DNA of 64,000 nucleotides from Candidatus Acidiferrales bacterium (lineage in GTDB: Bacteria > Acidobacteriota > Terriglobia > Acidiferrales > UBA7541), in contig JBAVQB010000034.1 in the NCBI GenBank assembly GCA_049693615.1, positions 31,322-95,321 on the forward strand, given 5' to 3'. Under the pieces are notes generated by a model, which saw only the letters and a list, made by a program, of their open reading frames with translations, did not search any database and was not told the origin of the DNA. Within the stretch, counting starts at the first letter, position 1; every line of letters begins with the position of its first letter. Both the position numbers and the translations under genes were made by a program. Below are positions 37,191-46,049 of the stretch, in pieces.

Positions 37191-37610
37191 CTATTTAGCT
37201 TGTGGCGCGGGCCCTTGCGGCTTCGCGCCCACGCGAATCAGCTTTGAGAGCACGGATTGGTCGAGATCGCTCAGACGTTTGAAGCGGACGCAGCTTTTGC
37301 CGATACTGGCCTTGGGCAGCGCTTTTTTGAACTTCTCGGCGACGTAGGTTTTTCCATCCGTCGCGCAAATGTATAAGGACACGTAGTTTTTATTGCTCGC
37401 GAGGCCGATGCGGAACCAGTCGCCTTCGCGTCCGCTGGCGTATTTGTAATGCCACGGGCCGTAGGCCAGCATCCCCGCGTGGATGAACGGCGCGAGTTTC
37501 GGCGCCAGTTTGCGAATCATTTTGTCGAGCGCTGCGATTTCGCTTTTGCGCGGCTCCTTACGCTTCGCGATATATTCTGGGGGAGTGGAGACTTTGAGCT
37601 GGCCCTTCAT
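37191..37610 (-). CDS. DUF1801 (YdhG-like) domain protein
   Basis: PEYIAKRKEPRKSEIAALDKMIRKLAP..GMLAYG..YVSLYI is the typical DUF1801 layout. Confidence 0.6.
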   Translation of the reverse strand: MKGQLKVSTPPEYIAKRKEPRKSEIAALDKMIRKLAPKLAPFIHAGMLAYGPWHYKYASGREGDWFRIGLASNKNYVSLYICATDGKTYVAEKFKKALPKASIGKSCVRFKRLSDLDQSVLSKLIRVGAKPQGPAPQAK

Positions 37611-37698
37611 GCGCCAAAGCGTAACATTGCTTTTTAGATTTTAGTGGACGAAAATATCATTCACCGCGCAAAAGGCAGTCCCTTGCCGAGGAGTCCAC

Positions 37699-38604
37699 AT
37701 GGCAGGAGCCAAAGAAGCACGCCAAGCTGAAACAGCAATTATTCGCCCGGCATTTCACACGATTGAAGCCGACGGCGTGCGCATGTTCTATCGCGAAGCG
37801 GGACCGAAAGACGCGCCGGTGGTTCTGCTGCTGCACGGTTATCCCACGTCGTCGCACATGTTTCGCGAACTGATCCCGCGGCTGGCCACGCGCTACCGCG
37901 TAATTGCGCCGGACATGCCGGCCTTCGGATTTACCACGGTGCCGAAGGAGCGCAACTACCACTATTCGTTCGAGAATCTGGCGAAGACGATGAACGCTTT
38001 CGTGGAGGCGCTCGGCCTGACGCGCTACGCGCTGTATGTGTTTGACTATGGCGCGCCCGTCGGCTTCCGGCTTGCTGTTGCGCATCCTGAACGCGTGACT
38101 GCGATTGTTTCGCAAAATGGAAATGCGTACGAAGAAGGTTTGGGCGATGCTTGGGCGCCGATACGGCGTTATTGGGAAGATCCTTCCACGGAAAACCGCG
38201 AAGTAATCCGCAACGCTGTGCTTACGCTGGAAGGCACCCGTTCGCAATACACCACCGGGGTGCCGAATCCCGAGTCAATTGCGCCGGAATCCTACACGCT
38301 GGACCAGGCGCTGCTCGACCGCAAGGGCAATATCGGCATCCAGCTCGATCTATTCCTCGACTACGCTAAGAATGTTGCGCTGTACCCAGCTTTTCAACAA
38401 TATTTCCGAGAACACAAGCCGCCGCTTCTGGCCATATGGGGCAAGAATGACGTTTTCTTCATCCCACCCGGCGCCGAAGCCTTTCGCCGTGACGTTCCCA
38501 ATGCCACCGTTGAATTTCTCGACACCGGCCACTTCGCGCTGGAAACTCATCCCAATGAGATCGCTGAAGCCATGCACAAATTTCTAGGCCAAGCTTTAGC
38601 CTAG
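37699..38604 (+). CDS. Alpha/beta hydrolase (epoxide hydrolase / dehalogenase-like)
   Basis: PVVLLLHGYPTSSHMFRELIPRLATRYRVIAPDMPAFGFT, VFDYGAPVGF and TGHFALE. It is a cytoplasmic paralogue of 13643..14629. Confidence 0.8.
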   Translation: MAGAKEARQAETAIIRPAFHTIEADGVRMFYREAGPKDAPVVLLLHGYPTSSHMFRELIPRLATRYRVIAPDMPAFGFTTVPKERNYHYSFENLAKTMNAFVEALGLTRYALYVFDYGAPVGFRLAVAHPERVTAIVSQNGNAYEEGLGDAWAPIRRYWEDPSTENREVIRNAVLTLEGTRSQYTTGVPNPESIAPESYTLDQALLDRKGNIGIQLDLFLDYAKNVALYPAFQQYFREHKPPLLAIWGKNDVFFIPPGAEAFRRDVPNATVEFLDTGHFALETHPNEIAEAMHKFLGQALA

Positions 38605-38799
38605 CGCTAGCGACTTCGTAAAATCTCGCGGCCAAGCTTTCGGCATAGCGCTTTTGTAATTGCGAGACGCGGACCGTCCGTGATATATCCTGACGCTGGT
38701 TGCACAACCGGTCATGCCCTGGAAACCACTCTTCTCCGTTGCGATTTTCCGGTTGGGACTTGGGGGACTTCAATCCTGTCTTATCGCCATGGAGGCACT

Positions 38800-40443
38800 A
38801 TGCGTCAAAACAAGTTTTATGTTCTCGGGATAGTTGTAATTGCAGCAATGGCAATGCTGGCGTGTCCGAATCCGGCCAACGCGCAACGCGCGGTGAAAGT
38901 ACCGCCGCCGATGCGTTCACAACAGCCGGTAGCACCAATTAAAGATATCGCGCCAAAACAAAATGCAACCGCCAACGCGGCTGTCGCCGCATCGCGATGG
39001 ACTCCACTGAACAATCAACCATTCTTTCTAGTTGATGGCGCGTCGAACCCGATCTTGCTTACCGACGGCAGCGTCCTCGTTCAAGATACGGCGTTTCCGG
39101 ATTGGTGGAAGTTGACGCCGGATTCTACGGGAAGCTATGTGAATGGCACTTGGACACAGGTGGCTTCCCTGCCGAATACGTACAGCCCGCTTTACCACTC
39201 TTCGGCGGTTTTGCCCGACGGCCGGCTGATCATCGAAGGCGGAGAATACTTACTGAACGTTGCTCAAACGGAAATTATTCCCACTTGGTCGGCCCAGGGT
39301 TCAATCTACGATCCGGTCGCGGATGTTTGGACGCCAGTAGCGACTCCGACATTCTTTGGCGGCTTTGGACCGTTCCCGCAAACAATTGGCGACGCACAAA
39401 GCGTGATACTTCCCAACGGTACGTACATGCAGGCCGATTGCTGCACCAAGGATCAAGCCTTGCTGGACGCCACCACGCTCACTTGGACCCGGACTGGGAA
39501 GAACAAATTCGACATCAACGACGAAGAAGGTTGGAACCTGCTTCCCAACGGAGAAGTTCTGACCGTGGATGCGTATGTGTTCAAGTACGAAAAAAACGGC
39601 ACACACTCGGAGATCTTTAATCCTGCCACAGGCGCGTGGAAAAGCGCAGGGAGCACTATCGTTCAACTTTGGGACTCTGCACGTGATTGTGGAGGGTTCA
39701 ACGTCTCGACTTCGGAAGTGGGGCCTGCAGTGCTACGCCCCGACGGCACTGTGTTTTACACCGGAGCGAATTCCTGCGGGCCTGGCAACACTGCGATCTA
39801 TAACTCCCTGACGGGCGCTTGGACTGTCGGCCCCACCTTCCCGGACGACTTGGACATCGCCGATGGTCCGGCGGCGCTGGAACCAAACGGAAAAGTCCTG
39901 ATGGCGGCCAGCCCGTTTTTTGGACCTCCGGGAGTAGAATTCTTCGAATGGGATGGGACCAACTTGGCGCAAGTTGCGGGAACTCCGAACGCGCCATTTG
40001 AACCTTCTTACACTCTCAACTTCCTCGTGCTTCCGACCGGTCAGATATTGCAAACGGACTTTTCGAACGACGTGGAAATCTACACGCCGGGAGGAACGTA
40101 CGAAAAAGCCTGGACGCCGAAGATTACCAGCGTGCCAACCTTCATCGGACGTGGACACACGTATGAGCTCTCCGGCATCCTTCTCAACGGTTTGTCGCAA
40201 GGCGCGTTTTACGGTGACGATGTACAAGCGGCGACGAATTATCCCTTGGTACGGCTCACAAACGTAAATACTCACGACGTAATTTACGCGCGCACGCACG
40301 ACCACAGCAGCATGGCCGTGGCGTCGCCGGATGTGGTATCGACGCACTTCGATGTGCCGTTGGGCGCTGAGCCGGGGTACAACACTCTGGTGGTAGTGGC
40401 CAATGGGATTCCATCGGCGCCGATGACCGTATTGATTTATTAA
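38800..40443 (+). CDS. Secreted galactose/glyoxal-oxidase-like beta-propeller protein with C-terminal Ig-like (DUF1929-type) domain
   Basis: GGAGG SD before ATG 38800 and signal MRQNKFYVLGIVVIAAMAMLACPNPANA. Kelch-like blades are present (LPDGRLIIEGGEY, LPNGTYMQADC, RPDGTVFYTGA, EPNGKVLMAA). The tail is PGYNTLVVVANGIPSAPMTVLIY. Confidence 0.5.
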   Translation: MRQNKFYVLGIVVIAAMAMLACPNPANAQRAVKVPPPMRSQQPVAPIKDIAPKQNATANAAVAASRWTPLNNQPFFLVDGASNPILLTDGSVLVQDTAFPDWWKLTPDSTGSYVNGTWTQVASLPNTYSPLYHSSAVLPDGRLIIEGGEYLLNVAQTEIIPTWSAQGSIYDPVADVWTPVATPTFFGGFGPFPQTIGDAQSVILPNGTYMQADCCTKDQALLDATTLTWTRTGKNKFDINDEEGWNLLPNGEVLTVDAYVFKYEKNGTHSEIFNPATGAWKSAGSTIVQLWDSARDCGGFNVSTSEVGPAVLRPDGTVFYTGANSCGPGNTAIYNSLTGAWTVGPTFPDDLDIADGPAALEPNGKVLMAASPFFGPPGVEFFEWDGTNLAQVAGTPNAPFEPSYTLNFLVLPTGQILQTDFSNDVEIYTPGGTYEKAWTPKITSVPTFIGRGHTYELSGILLNGLSQGAFYGDDVQAATNYPLVRLTNVNTHDVIYARTHDHSSMAVASPDVVSTHFDVPLGAEPGYNTLVVVANGIPSAPMTVLIY

Positions 40444-40529
40444 AAAACAGTGGCAAGTGATTCCGGAGCCCGTCCCTGCCTTCCTGGTGGGGATGGGGAA
40501 CTCCGCGATAGATAAATTCGCCGCTCGCG

Positions 40530-41078
40530 CTACTGCGTGATTACGGGGCTGGTGGGGGTTTCGGTTCTGAAATAATGGATGGGCTGGCCATGCCAGCTCG
40601 AAACCTGCTTTCGTATCAGCGCGGCGGGACAGGTTAAGTAGCAGCCGATCAGAAGCGAGTCTTGTCGCTCCGGCTCCGGAACCTTGTTCATGAACGCAAA
40701 GTTCTCCGCGCTGCCGAAAGAAAGCTGCGCGAGCCCAGGTTTCTCTTCCAATTCAAAAACGACATCCGCTTCTTTGTAACGATTCCCTTCCGGCGGCGTG
40801 TCAGTGATGGGCCGCAATACGACTACCTGAAATTGCTTTTCTCTTTTTGGATCGCTGGACCATCGCGGATGACATTTCTTCAGATACAAATCAATCGCGG
40901 CCTGTTTGTTCAGACTGATTACCGGAGAGATGAGCGTCTCGATAGTGCATTCCTGACTCGTGACATAAAAGACTGCCGCGGCTGCTATCAAGAAAGTGGC
41001 GACCTCAAGAAGCACGGCAATCTTGCGCGAACGAGTTTTCGCCGGGTTGGCGACGAGCGTCATATAACTGAGTTCCAC
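40530..41078 (-). CDS. Hypothetical membrane-anchored protein
   Basis: 182 aa with one TM (IAVLLEVATFLIAAAAVFYV). No family was recognised. Confidence 0.45.
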   Translation of the reverse strand: MELSYMTLVANPAKTRSRKIAVLLEVATFLIAAAAVFYVTSQECTIETLISPVISLNKQAAIDLYLKKCHPRWSSDPKREKQFQVVVLRPITDTPPEGNRYKEADVVFELEEKPGLAQLSFGSAENFAFMNKVPEPERQDSLLIGCYLTCPAALIRKQVSSWHGQPIHYFRTETPTSPVITQ

Positions 41079-41212
41079 CGCGCAGACGGGGGGCCCCCTA
41101 TATCCGGCGCGGGTACGATGCGTTTCAACGCTTTGCCTTCACAAACCGGCTGGCGTGCGTCTGGCCGTGTTTTAATCTGGGCATAGCCCTCGGCTTTAAC
41201 GAATTTTGCCCC

Positions 41213-41971
41213 TCAACGGGCAAAGGGATCCGGCGGGACTTCGATTGGAATGTTCGTGTTGTAATCCGAATAGGTGACCAGTCCTTGCGGATTGTCCGGT
41301 TCGCCTTCGAGGTATTTTCGCGGAAGACCATCTTCCACGGCAATCCAAATTGTGTGCAAGGGGAATGCACTGTCGTTATCGCGAATCTTCCACACATCGC
41401 AGTAGTCGGCTTCGACCACTTCATTGCCCATCGGCGTGATAGTGGCGCCGGACGCGCCGGTGGGCTCATTCGCGTAATAGAAAAACGGCGGGATGATGCG
41501 GCCCTGATCGCCGGTAAATAGGCGCGGGCTGCCGTGTGGAATCGACGCTCCATTTCTGAGACGTTCGCAAACACTGAGGCCCGCCGGCTGGCGTACCGCA
41601 TTCCAACGTTCCGTCCCCGCGGGCCGGCTAAAAGTAATGGTGGGCGTCTGGATGTATTCAATCTTTCGATTTAGTTTTGGATTATTGTCGATATAGTGCG
41701 CCACCGAGCGGCTGCAATCGTATTCGGCGTCAGTGTGCACGGCGAAATATCCATAAATATCGATTTTGGCGCGGAAGGACCGCACTTTATTCACGGCGAC
41801 TTCTGATTTCAGGAAAGCCTTGCGGCCATCGTTGCCGTGGCCGCAGCCCATGACAAGTGCCGCTAACGCTGCCACTGTAAGGAAAGTAGGGCTTAGGTAA
41901 ACAGGCCGGCACCGCTGCCGCGTTGTTCGCGCAACATATCTCAGCTTTTTCTCTATCAAAGACGCCCCCAA
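41213..41971 (-). CDS. Hypothetical lipoprotein
   Basis: Lipobox-like ALAALVMGCGHG. No family was recognised. Confidence 0.5.
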   Translation of the reverse strand: MGASLIEKKLRYVARTTRQRCRPVYLSPTFLTVAALAALVMGCGHGNDGRKAFLKSEVAVNKVRSFRAKIDIYGYFAVHTDAEYDCSRSVAHYIDNNPKLNRKIEYIQTPTITFSRPAGTERWNAVRQPAGLSVCERLRNGASIPHGSPRLFTGDQGRIIPPFFYYANEPTGASGATITPMGNEVVEADYCDVWKIRDNDSAFPLHTIWIAVEDGLPRKYLEGEPDNPQGLVTYSDYNTNIPIEVPPDPFAR

Positions 41972-42115
41972 GCCAGCTTATCGCCAAGTATATGGGAAGA
42001 GCGACGCCGCGAAGCGAGGTGAATGCCAGGCTGTATCTTTGAATGTAACTACAATGGTATTTTTCAGCACCCGGAAAAATCGTCTGCACACACCACACGC
42101 GTGTTCGTCGCCGGC

Positions 42116-42325
42116 TTAGAAGGGCCCTTTCAGATATACCGAGACGGTATAAGGTTCGCGCGATGCGCTGGGCTTCAGTGTTGTGCGGATGTCAAGAACG
42201 CTCCATCGTTTGGCACGGCGCTCGATCACATCTCCAATTCTGAGCATGCGAACATCGTTGCCGCGATCATTCTTGCGCTCTCCGAGCACGGAATTATAGT
42301 AGTACACGATACTGTTCATAATCAT
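42116..42325 (-). CDS. Hypothetical small protein (69 aa)
   Basis: AAAGGAAAA lies upstream of the ATG. It starts 25 nt downstream of the preceding gene in a locally AT-richer region. Confidence 0.4.
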   Translation of the reverse strand: MIMNSIVYYYNSVLGERKNDRGNDVRMLRIGDVIERRAKRWSVLDIRTTLKPSASREPYTVSVYLKGPF

Positions 42326-42350
42326 TTTCCTTTTTTGCGATGAACTGCAG

Positions 42351-42791
42351 CTAACGTGTTTTGGCTATCAGCCAGTTAAATTTCGTGTCCGGCTTTTCGT
42401 CCACACTGGGCGGAACGATGCGCTTGAAGAGTTCGTCCTGGATTCTCCGGTATTGTTCGTGAGCAACCACTTCCGCAGTGCGCTGTCTTAGAAGTTCGTG
42501 ATAGGAAGTCCATCCGGGCAGGCTCTTGCTTTTGGATAGAAGCACGCTTAACTGTTCGGATTCGCGCGCGTACTCACTGAAAGCCGTGTCCATTCTGGTG
42601 AGTAAGATCTTGAGTCCGGGATCTTGCGCGAACGGCTCAGACGGAGGATGACCTTCCCGCAGTCCGGGCAGGTTTGCATCGGCCTCAGTTGCCGCAGAAC
42701 CCCGCAGGTTCGTGGTCGGAACAACGCCGCCACTACTTGCTGATTCGGAGTTCAGCGAAGGGTTCCTCGTGAGAGGAGATTTATCGGTCAT
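42351..42791 (-). CDS. Hypothetical protein with a disordered N-terminus and helical C-terminus
   Basis: 146-aa ORF. No family was recognised. Confidence 0.45.
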   Translation of the reverse strand: MTDKSPLTRNPSLNSESASSGGVVPTTNLRGSAATEADANLPGLREGHPPSEPFAQDPGLKILLTRMDTAFSEYARESEQLSVLLSKSKSLPGWTSYHELLRQRTAEVVAHEQYRRIQDELFKRIVPPSVDEKPDTKFNWLIAKTR

Positions 42792-43016
42792 GCTTGGTCA
42801 TAGGGTATACCCCGCAAAAAGCAGTCAAATTTCGCAAAGGACCGCCGGCGGCAAAGCCAGGGAGGAAGGATGCTAATGTGACTACACCAGTGTACGCGCA
42901 TTCAGCGCCGAGGTGTAACAAACCCGCCGGGGTGCAACAAGACGACCTGCAGCCAGCCAAAATGAAGGATCGCCCCGTCCGGCCGATCGATGCCTAGGAA
43001 CTCGCCTGCGATCTCG

Positions 43017-43886
43017 CTATTGAGCGCCCGAGGAGCGCGAAGTCTGGAACGATTTGACAGCCGTACCCTCGTCCGTATGAATGTCGAACACGGACGTCAG
43101 CATGGTGGCGCGGAGCAAATCGTGCACTTTCTTGTGCGGATTCAGAAGCTTCAGATGGCCGCCCTGCTTGCGAAGAGTTGTGTGGGCTCTGACAAGTTCT
43201 CCAATACCGGCGCTGTCGATAAATTCGAGCTCGACTAAATTCAATATCAATCGATGGTTTCCCTGGGAGATCAAGCCCTGAATCGCTTCGCGAAGCTGGA
43301 TGTTGCCTTCCCCCACGGTAATTCTTCCGGCGCAGTCGATAATCACCACGTCCTGCACCTGGCGCGTTGCGTGCCGCAACTTATTCAGCCCCCCGCCTTG
43401 GATATTCATTCCGATGCGATCCAAAATCTCCGTCGCAACTTTGGAGGTCTCTCGTGATTCAGTTCGCACCACAATCAGGGAACGCCCTTTCTTCAATGCG
43501 TCCGCGAACAACGCAGTGTCTTCCGCCGCGCCAGTGCCGGCAGTGGGTGCCACCGCATCGCCTTGCGTGGCCGCTTTCCCGGCCTTGGAGCCGGCGGTGG
43601 CGCCGAGATATCCCATCAAGGCTGACGCTCCCGCCCCCAATGCGAATACCGGGCCTATTCCGGGGATTACCAGCAAAGTCGCCGCAACTACCGCGGCTGA
43701 AAGACCTACTGTCCCGCCCAGGAAGCCTCCGGCGTAAGCGCCCAATTCTTTCGCCATGGATGTAGCTTCATTTTCTGAACCTGTAAGAAATACGATTTCG
43801 TTTTCGGGCACCTTTTTTTCGATCAGTTCCTTGATGGCTTCTTCGGCACGGTCGCGACTTGTGAACACTCCGATTGAAGTTTCCAA
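43017..43886 (-). CDS. Membrane-anchored fusion: YflT/DUF1269-like stress domain, glycine-zipper TM region and C-terminal STAS (anti-sigma-factor antagonist) domain
   Basis: AGGAGG (43892-43897) lies 5 nt before TTG 43886. The ORF track extends to 43991 through non-protein-like sequence. Segments are SIGVFTSRDRAEEAIKELIEK, GGFLGGTVGLSAAVVAATLLVIPGIGPVFALGAGASALMGYLG, LKKGRSLIVVRTE, then the STAS block ILNLVELEFIDSAGIGELV..GGHLKLLNPHKKVHDLL with the phosphorylatable Ser context DSAG. Confidence 0.6.
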   Translation of the reverse strand: METSIGVFTSRDRAEEAIKELIEKKVPENEIVFLTGSENEATSMAKELGAYAGGFLGGTVGLSAAVVAATLLVIPGIGPVFALGAGASALMGYLGATAGSKAGKAATQGDAVAPTAGTGAAEDTALFADALKKGRSLIVVRTESRETSKVATEILDRIGMNIQGGGLNKLRHATRQVQDVVIIDCAGRITVGEGNIQLREAIQGLISQGNHRLILNLVELEFIDSAGIGELVRAHTTLRKQGGHLKLLNPHKKVHDLLRATMLTSVFDIHTDEGTAVKSFQTSRSSGAQ

Positions 43887-44080
43887 TGAATCCTCCTGGG
43901 AGACTGCTTGCCATCGACCGTGCGGAGTTCGATCAAGACAGCGTTTCGACGCTAGGCCTTCCGCCCACGGGGCCGGGGCGCGCGCGTCCACAGCAGGTCC
44001 CTTTGGGCTGCAATTTGCCTCTAATGTTAAGTTTTGTCAAGATAATTAAGGGTAGAACGAGGCCCTCCGGGCGCAGAAAA

Positions 44081-44794
44081 TTACGCCTCTATGCGCTTGG
44101 AAGCTTTGACCATAGCCAGACCACTATTTAAGTCCATCGCGGTGTGCAGGAGCTGCCCGGGGATCAAGCTCCCGCTTACGATGAACAAGATGCCAAAGAC
44201 GGCGCCGCCTATTCCTGTTCCGAATATCGCTTTTCGTCCTTGATACGCGTGTGCGAAGCCGAAGAGTATCGAAGAAATCAGCAGGCCAAGCCAGACTGAG
44301 CCCAAAGCTGCGCTGAACAGGCTGAGCAGCCAACCACGATAGAGAATTTCCTCGCAAACTCCCGCGCTGATTGAAACGAGCGCCCAAACTCCGCGTTCCG
44401 TAGGAGTCTTCGGGATCAAACGCCGGACGTTTTCCAATGCCTTCCCTACCTGTTCGGGAGTCGCCTTCTTTTTTTGTACTTTTTGCGCTCCGACAAGCAG
44501 GAAAATGATTGCTGCCACGATTCCGCAGACCACCAGCGTGCGGAAAGCGTTCCCGGGTTGTTCGCCCAGATCGCTGAGCGTCAGATAATTCAACCGGCTG
44601 GTCCAAACGCAGCCCGCAGTCAGAGTCCATAACGCCAAAATGTTCCAGGCATAAATCCGCAGAGTGGATTTCAAGCGCTTGTAGAGGACGAAGTCGGCGA
44701 TCGGGAATATTACGGCAAGCACGAAGGTAAAAATCCAAGTGCTGCCGCTGTGTACCGCGTCCTGCCAAATCTCCGGTTGCCCCACGGTGAACAT
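44081..44794 (-). CDS. CPBP family intramembrane glutamic endopeptidase (CAAX protease / Abi-like)
   Basis: Motifs EEILYRGWL, FGFAHAY and HTAMD in a multi-TM protein. Confidence 0.8.
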   Translation of the reverse strand: MFTVGQPEIWQDAVHSGSTWIFTFVLAVIFPIADFVLYKRLKSTLRIYAWNILALWTLTAGCVWTSRLNYLTLSDLGEQPGNAFRTLVVCGIVAAIIFLLVGAQKVQKKKATPEQVGKALENVRRLIPKTPTERGVWALVSISAGVCEEILYRGWLLSLFSAALGSVWLGLLISSILFGFAHAYQGRKAIFGTGIGGAVFGILFIVSGSLIPGQLLHTAMDLNSGLAMVKASKRIEA

Positions 44795-44915
44795 GGCGCA
44801 GAGTCTAACGGCAGAAAGACAACAGCGTCAACCTTGACTGATGTCGAGACACTTTCATGTTTAGCGGGCGCGAGATTCGACTTCAATGTAGCGCGGAGGA
44901 CTGCGCCTCTGCGGG

Positions 44916-45776
44916 CTATTGCGACTTGGGTGAGAGCGCGCCGGTGGCCGGGTCAATGCCGAAATGCGAAATTTCGCCACTGCGAAAATGTCCGATGGAT
45001 AAAGCTGCGCCGCCGGGATCGACTTCAACGCTCCAAGGTTTCGCGCCCGCCGAAAATGGGGACGCCGCAAGTTCATACAACGACGCTGTTTTCCAGTCGA
45101 TGGCAAACGCCGATACATTTTCAGAAGTCTGGTTCACTACATACAGGTATCTTCCGGAGGGGTCGATGGCGAGCCAAGCCGGCCCGTGTCCCGGAAGAAC
45201 GGAAGTTTTACTGGCGGCCAGTCCTTCGCCGCCGGGCGTAACACTGATCGAATCGCTCGACCGATTGGCCGTGAAAGTAATTTCCTGCGCGGTGCCAAGA
45301 TTTTTAACCTGCAGAGTTTGCGAGTTACTTCGAACAGCGATTGCAACATCCGCGGGAGCGGCCGCTACGGTGATGAGAGTCGTGGCGTTGTTACCCTCGT
45401 GGCTGCCCTCGATGCTGGCAGCTCCAACCGAGACGCCCGTGGCGATACCCATTTTGTTGATTGTCACCACCGAAGTATCTTTGGAGATCCAGGTAGTGTC
45501 ATCGGGCGATTCATGATTGGTGGTGCCGTCCACAAAAGTTTCCACCAGGATCATTTGCTGCGTGCCGCCAACGGCTATCGTGGGATTGGCCGGAGTTAGA
45601 TTCACTTTCGTGACCAGCAAATTGGCCAAGGTGGACCCGATGCAGCTGCACAACCCGAGAAGCGACAGCAACGGTAGAACTTGAAGAACTCGTTTGAGTT
45701 TGAGCAATGCTTTGAACTCCGTGTGCGCCGTGTGCAGGATGAAAAACCTGGCTGGTCGCGCGGTTCGCTGCCACAC
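44916..45776 (-). CDS. Lipoprotein with a Big_2-like Ig domain followed by only ~3 lactonase-type propeller blades
   Basis: Lipobox-like LLSLLGLCSC, with a possible TTG start at 45707. The Ig-like segment is VNLTPANPTIAVGGTQQM..VVTINKMGIATGVSVGAA. Blades include SGRYLYVVNQTSENVSAFAI and ASPFSAGAKPWSV. Confidence 0.6.
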   Translation of the reverse strand: MWQRTARPARFFILHTAHTEFKALLKLKRVLQVLPLLSLLGLCSCIGSTLANLLVTKVNLTPANPTIAVGGTQQMILVETFVDGTTNHESPDDTTWISKDTSVVTINKMGIATGVSVGAASIEGSHEGNNATTLITVAAAPADVAIAVRSNSQTLQVKNLGTAQEITFTANRSSDSISVTPGGEGLAASKTSVLPGHGPAWLAIDPSGRYLYVVNQTSENVSAFAIDWKTASLYELAASPFSAGAKPWSVEVDPGGAALSIGHFRSGEISHFGIDPATGALSPKSQ

Positions 45777-46049
45777 GCTATGCCACGACCCCGCAAGTCT
45801 GCTATGGGTTCAGCAGAAATAACAGCGATTTACCGACCGCCGGGCTTAAGAGTACTGGTGTGCGCCACGAGGCCGGGAACGCCGAAGCTGGCAGATGCGC
45901 CCTAAGGCCTGAAATTCGGAGCCGCTGCCCTTAACTTGTACCTTCGTCCAGTTGTACGGTGGGGACGCGCACGCGCATCATCTATGTAGGCGTTTCGGAC
46001 CGCGTGAAGGCGGTCAACCGTTCATATCGTGAATCAGCGCTAAAACATA

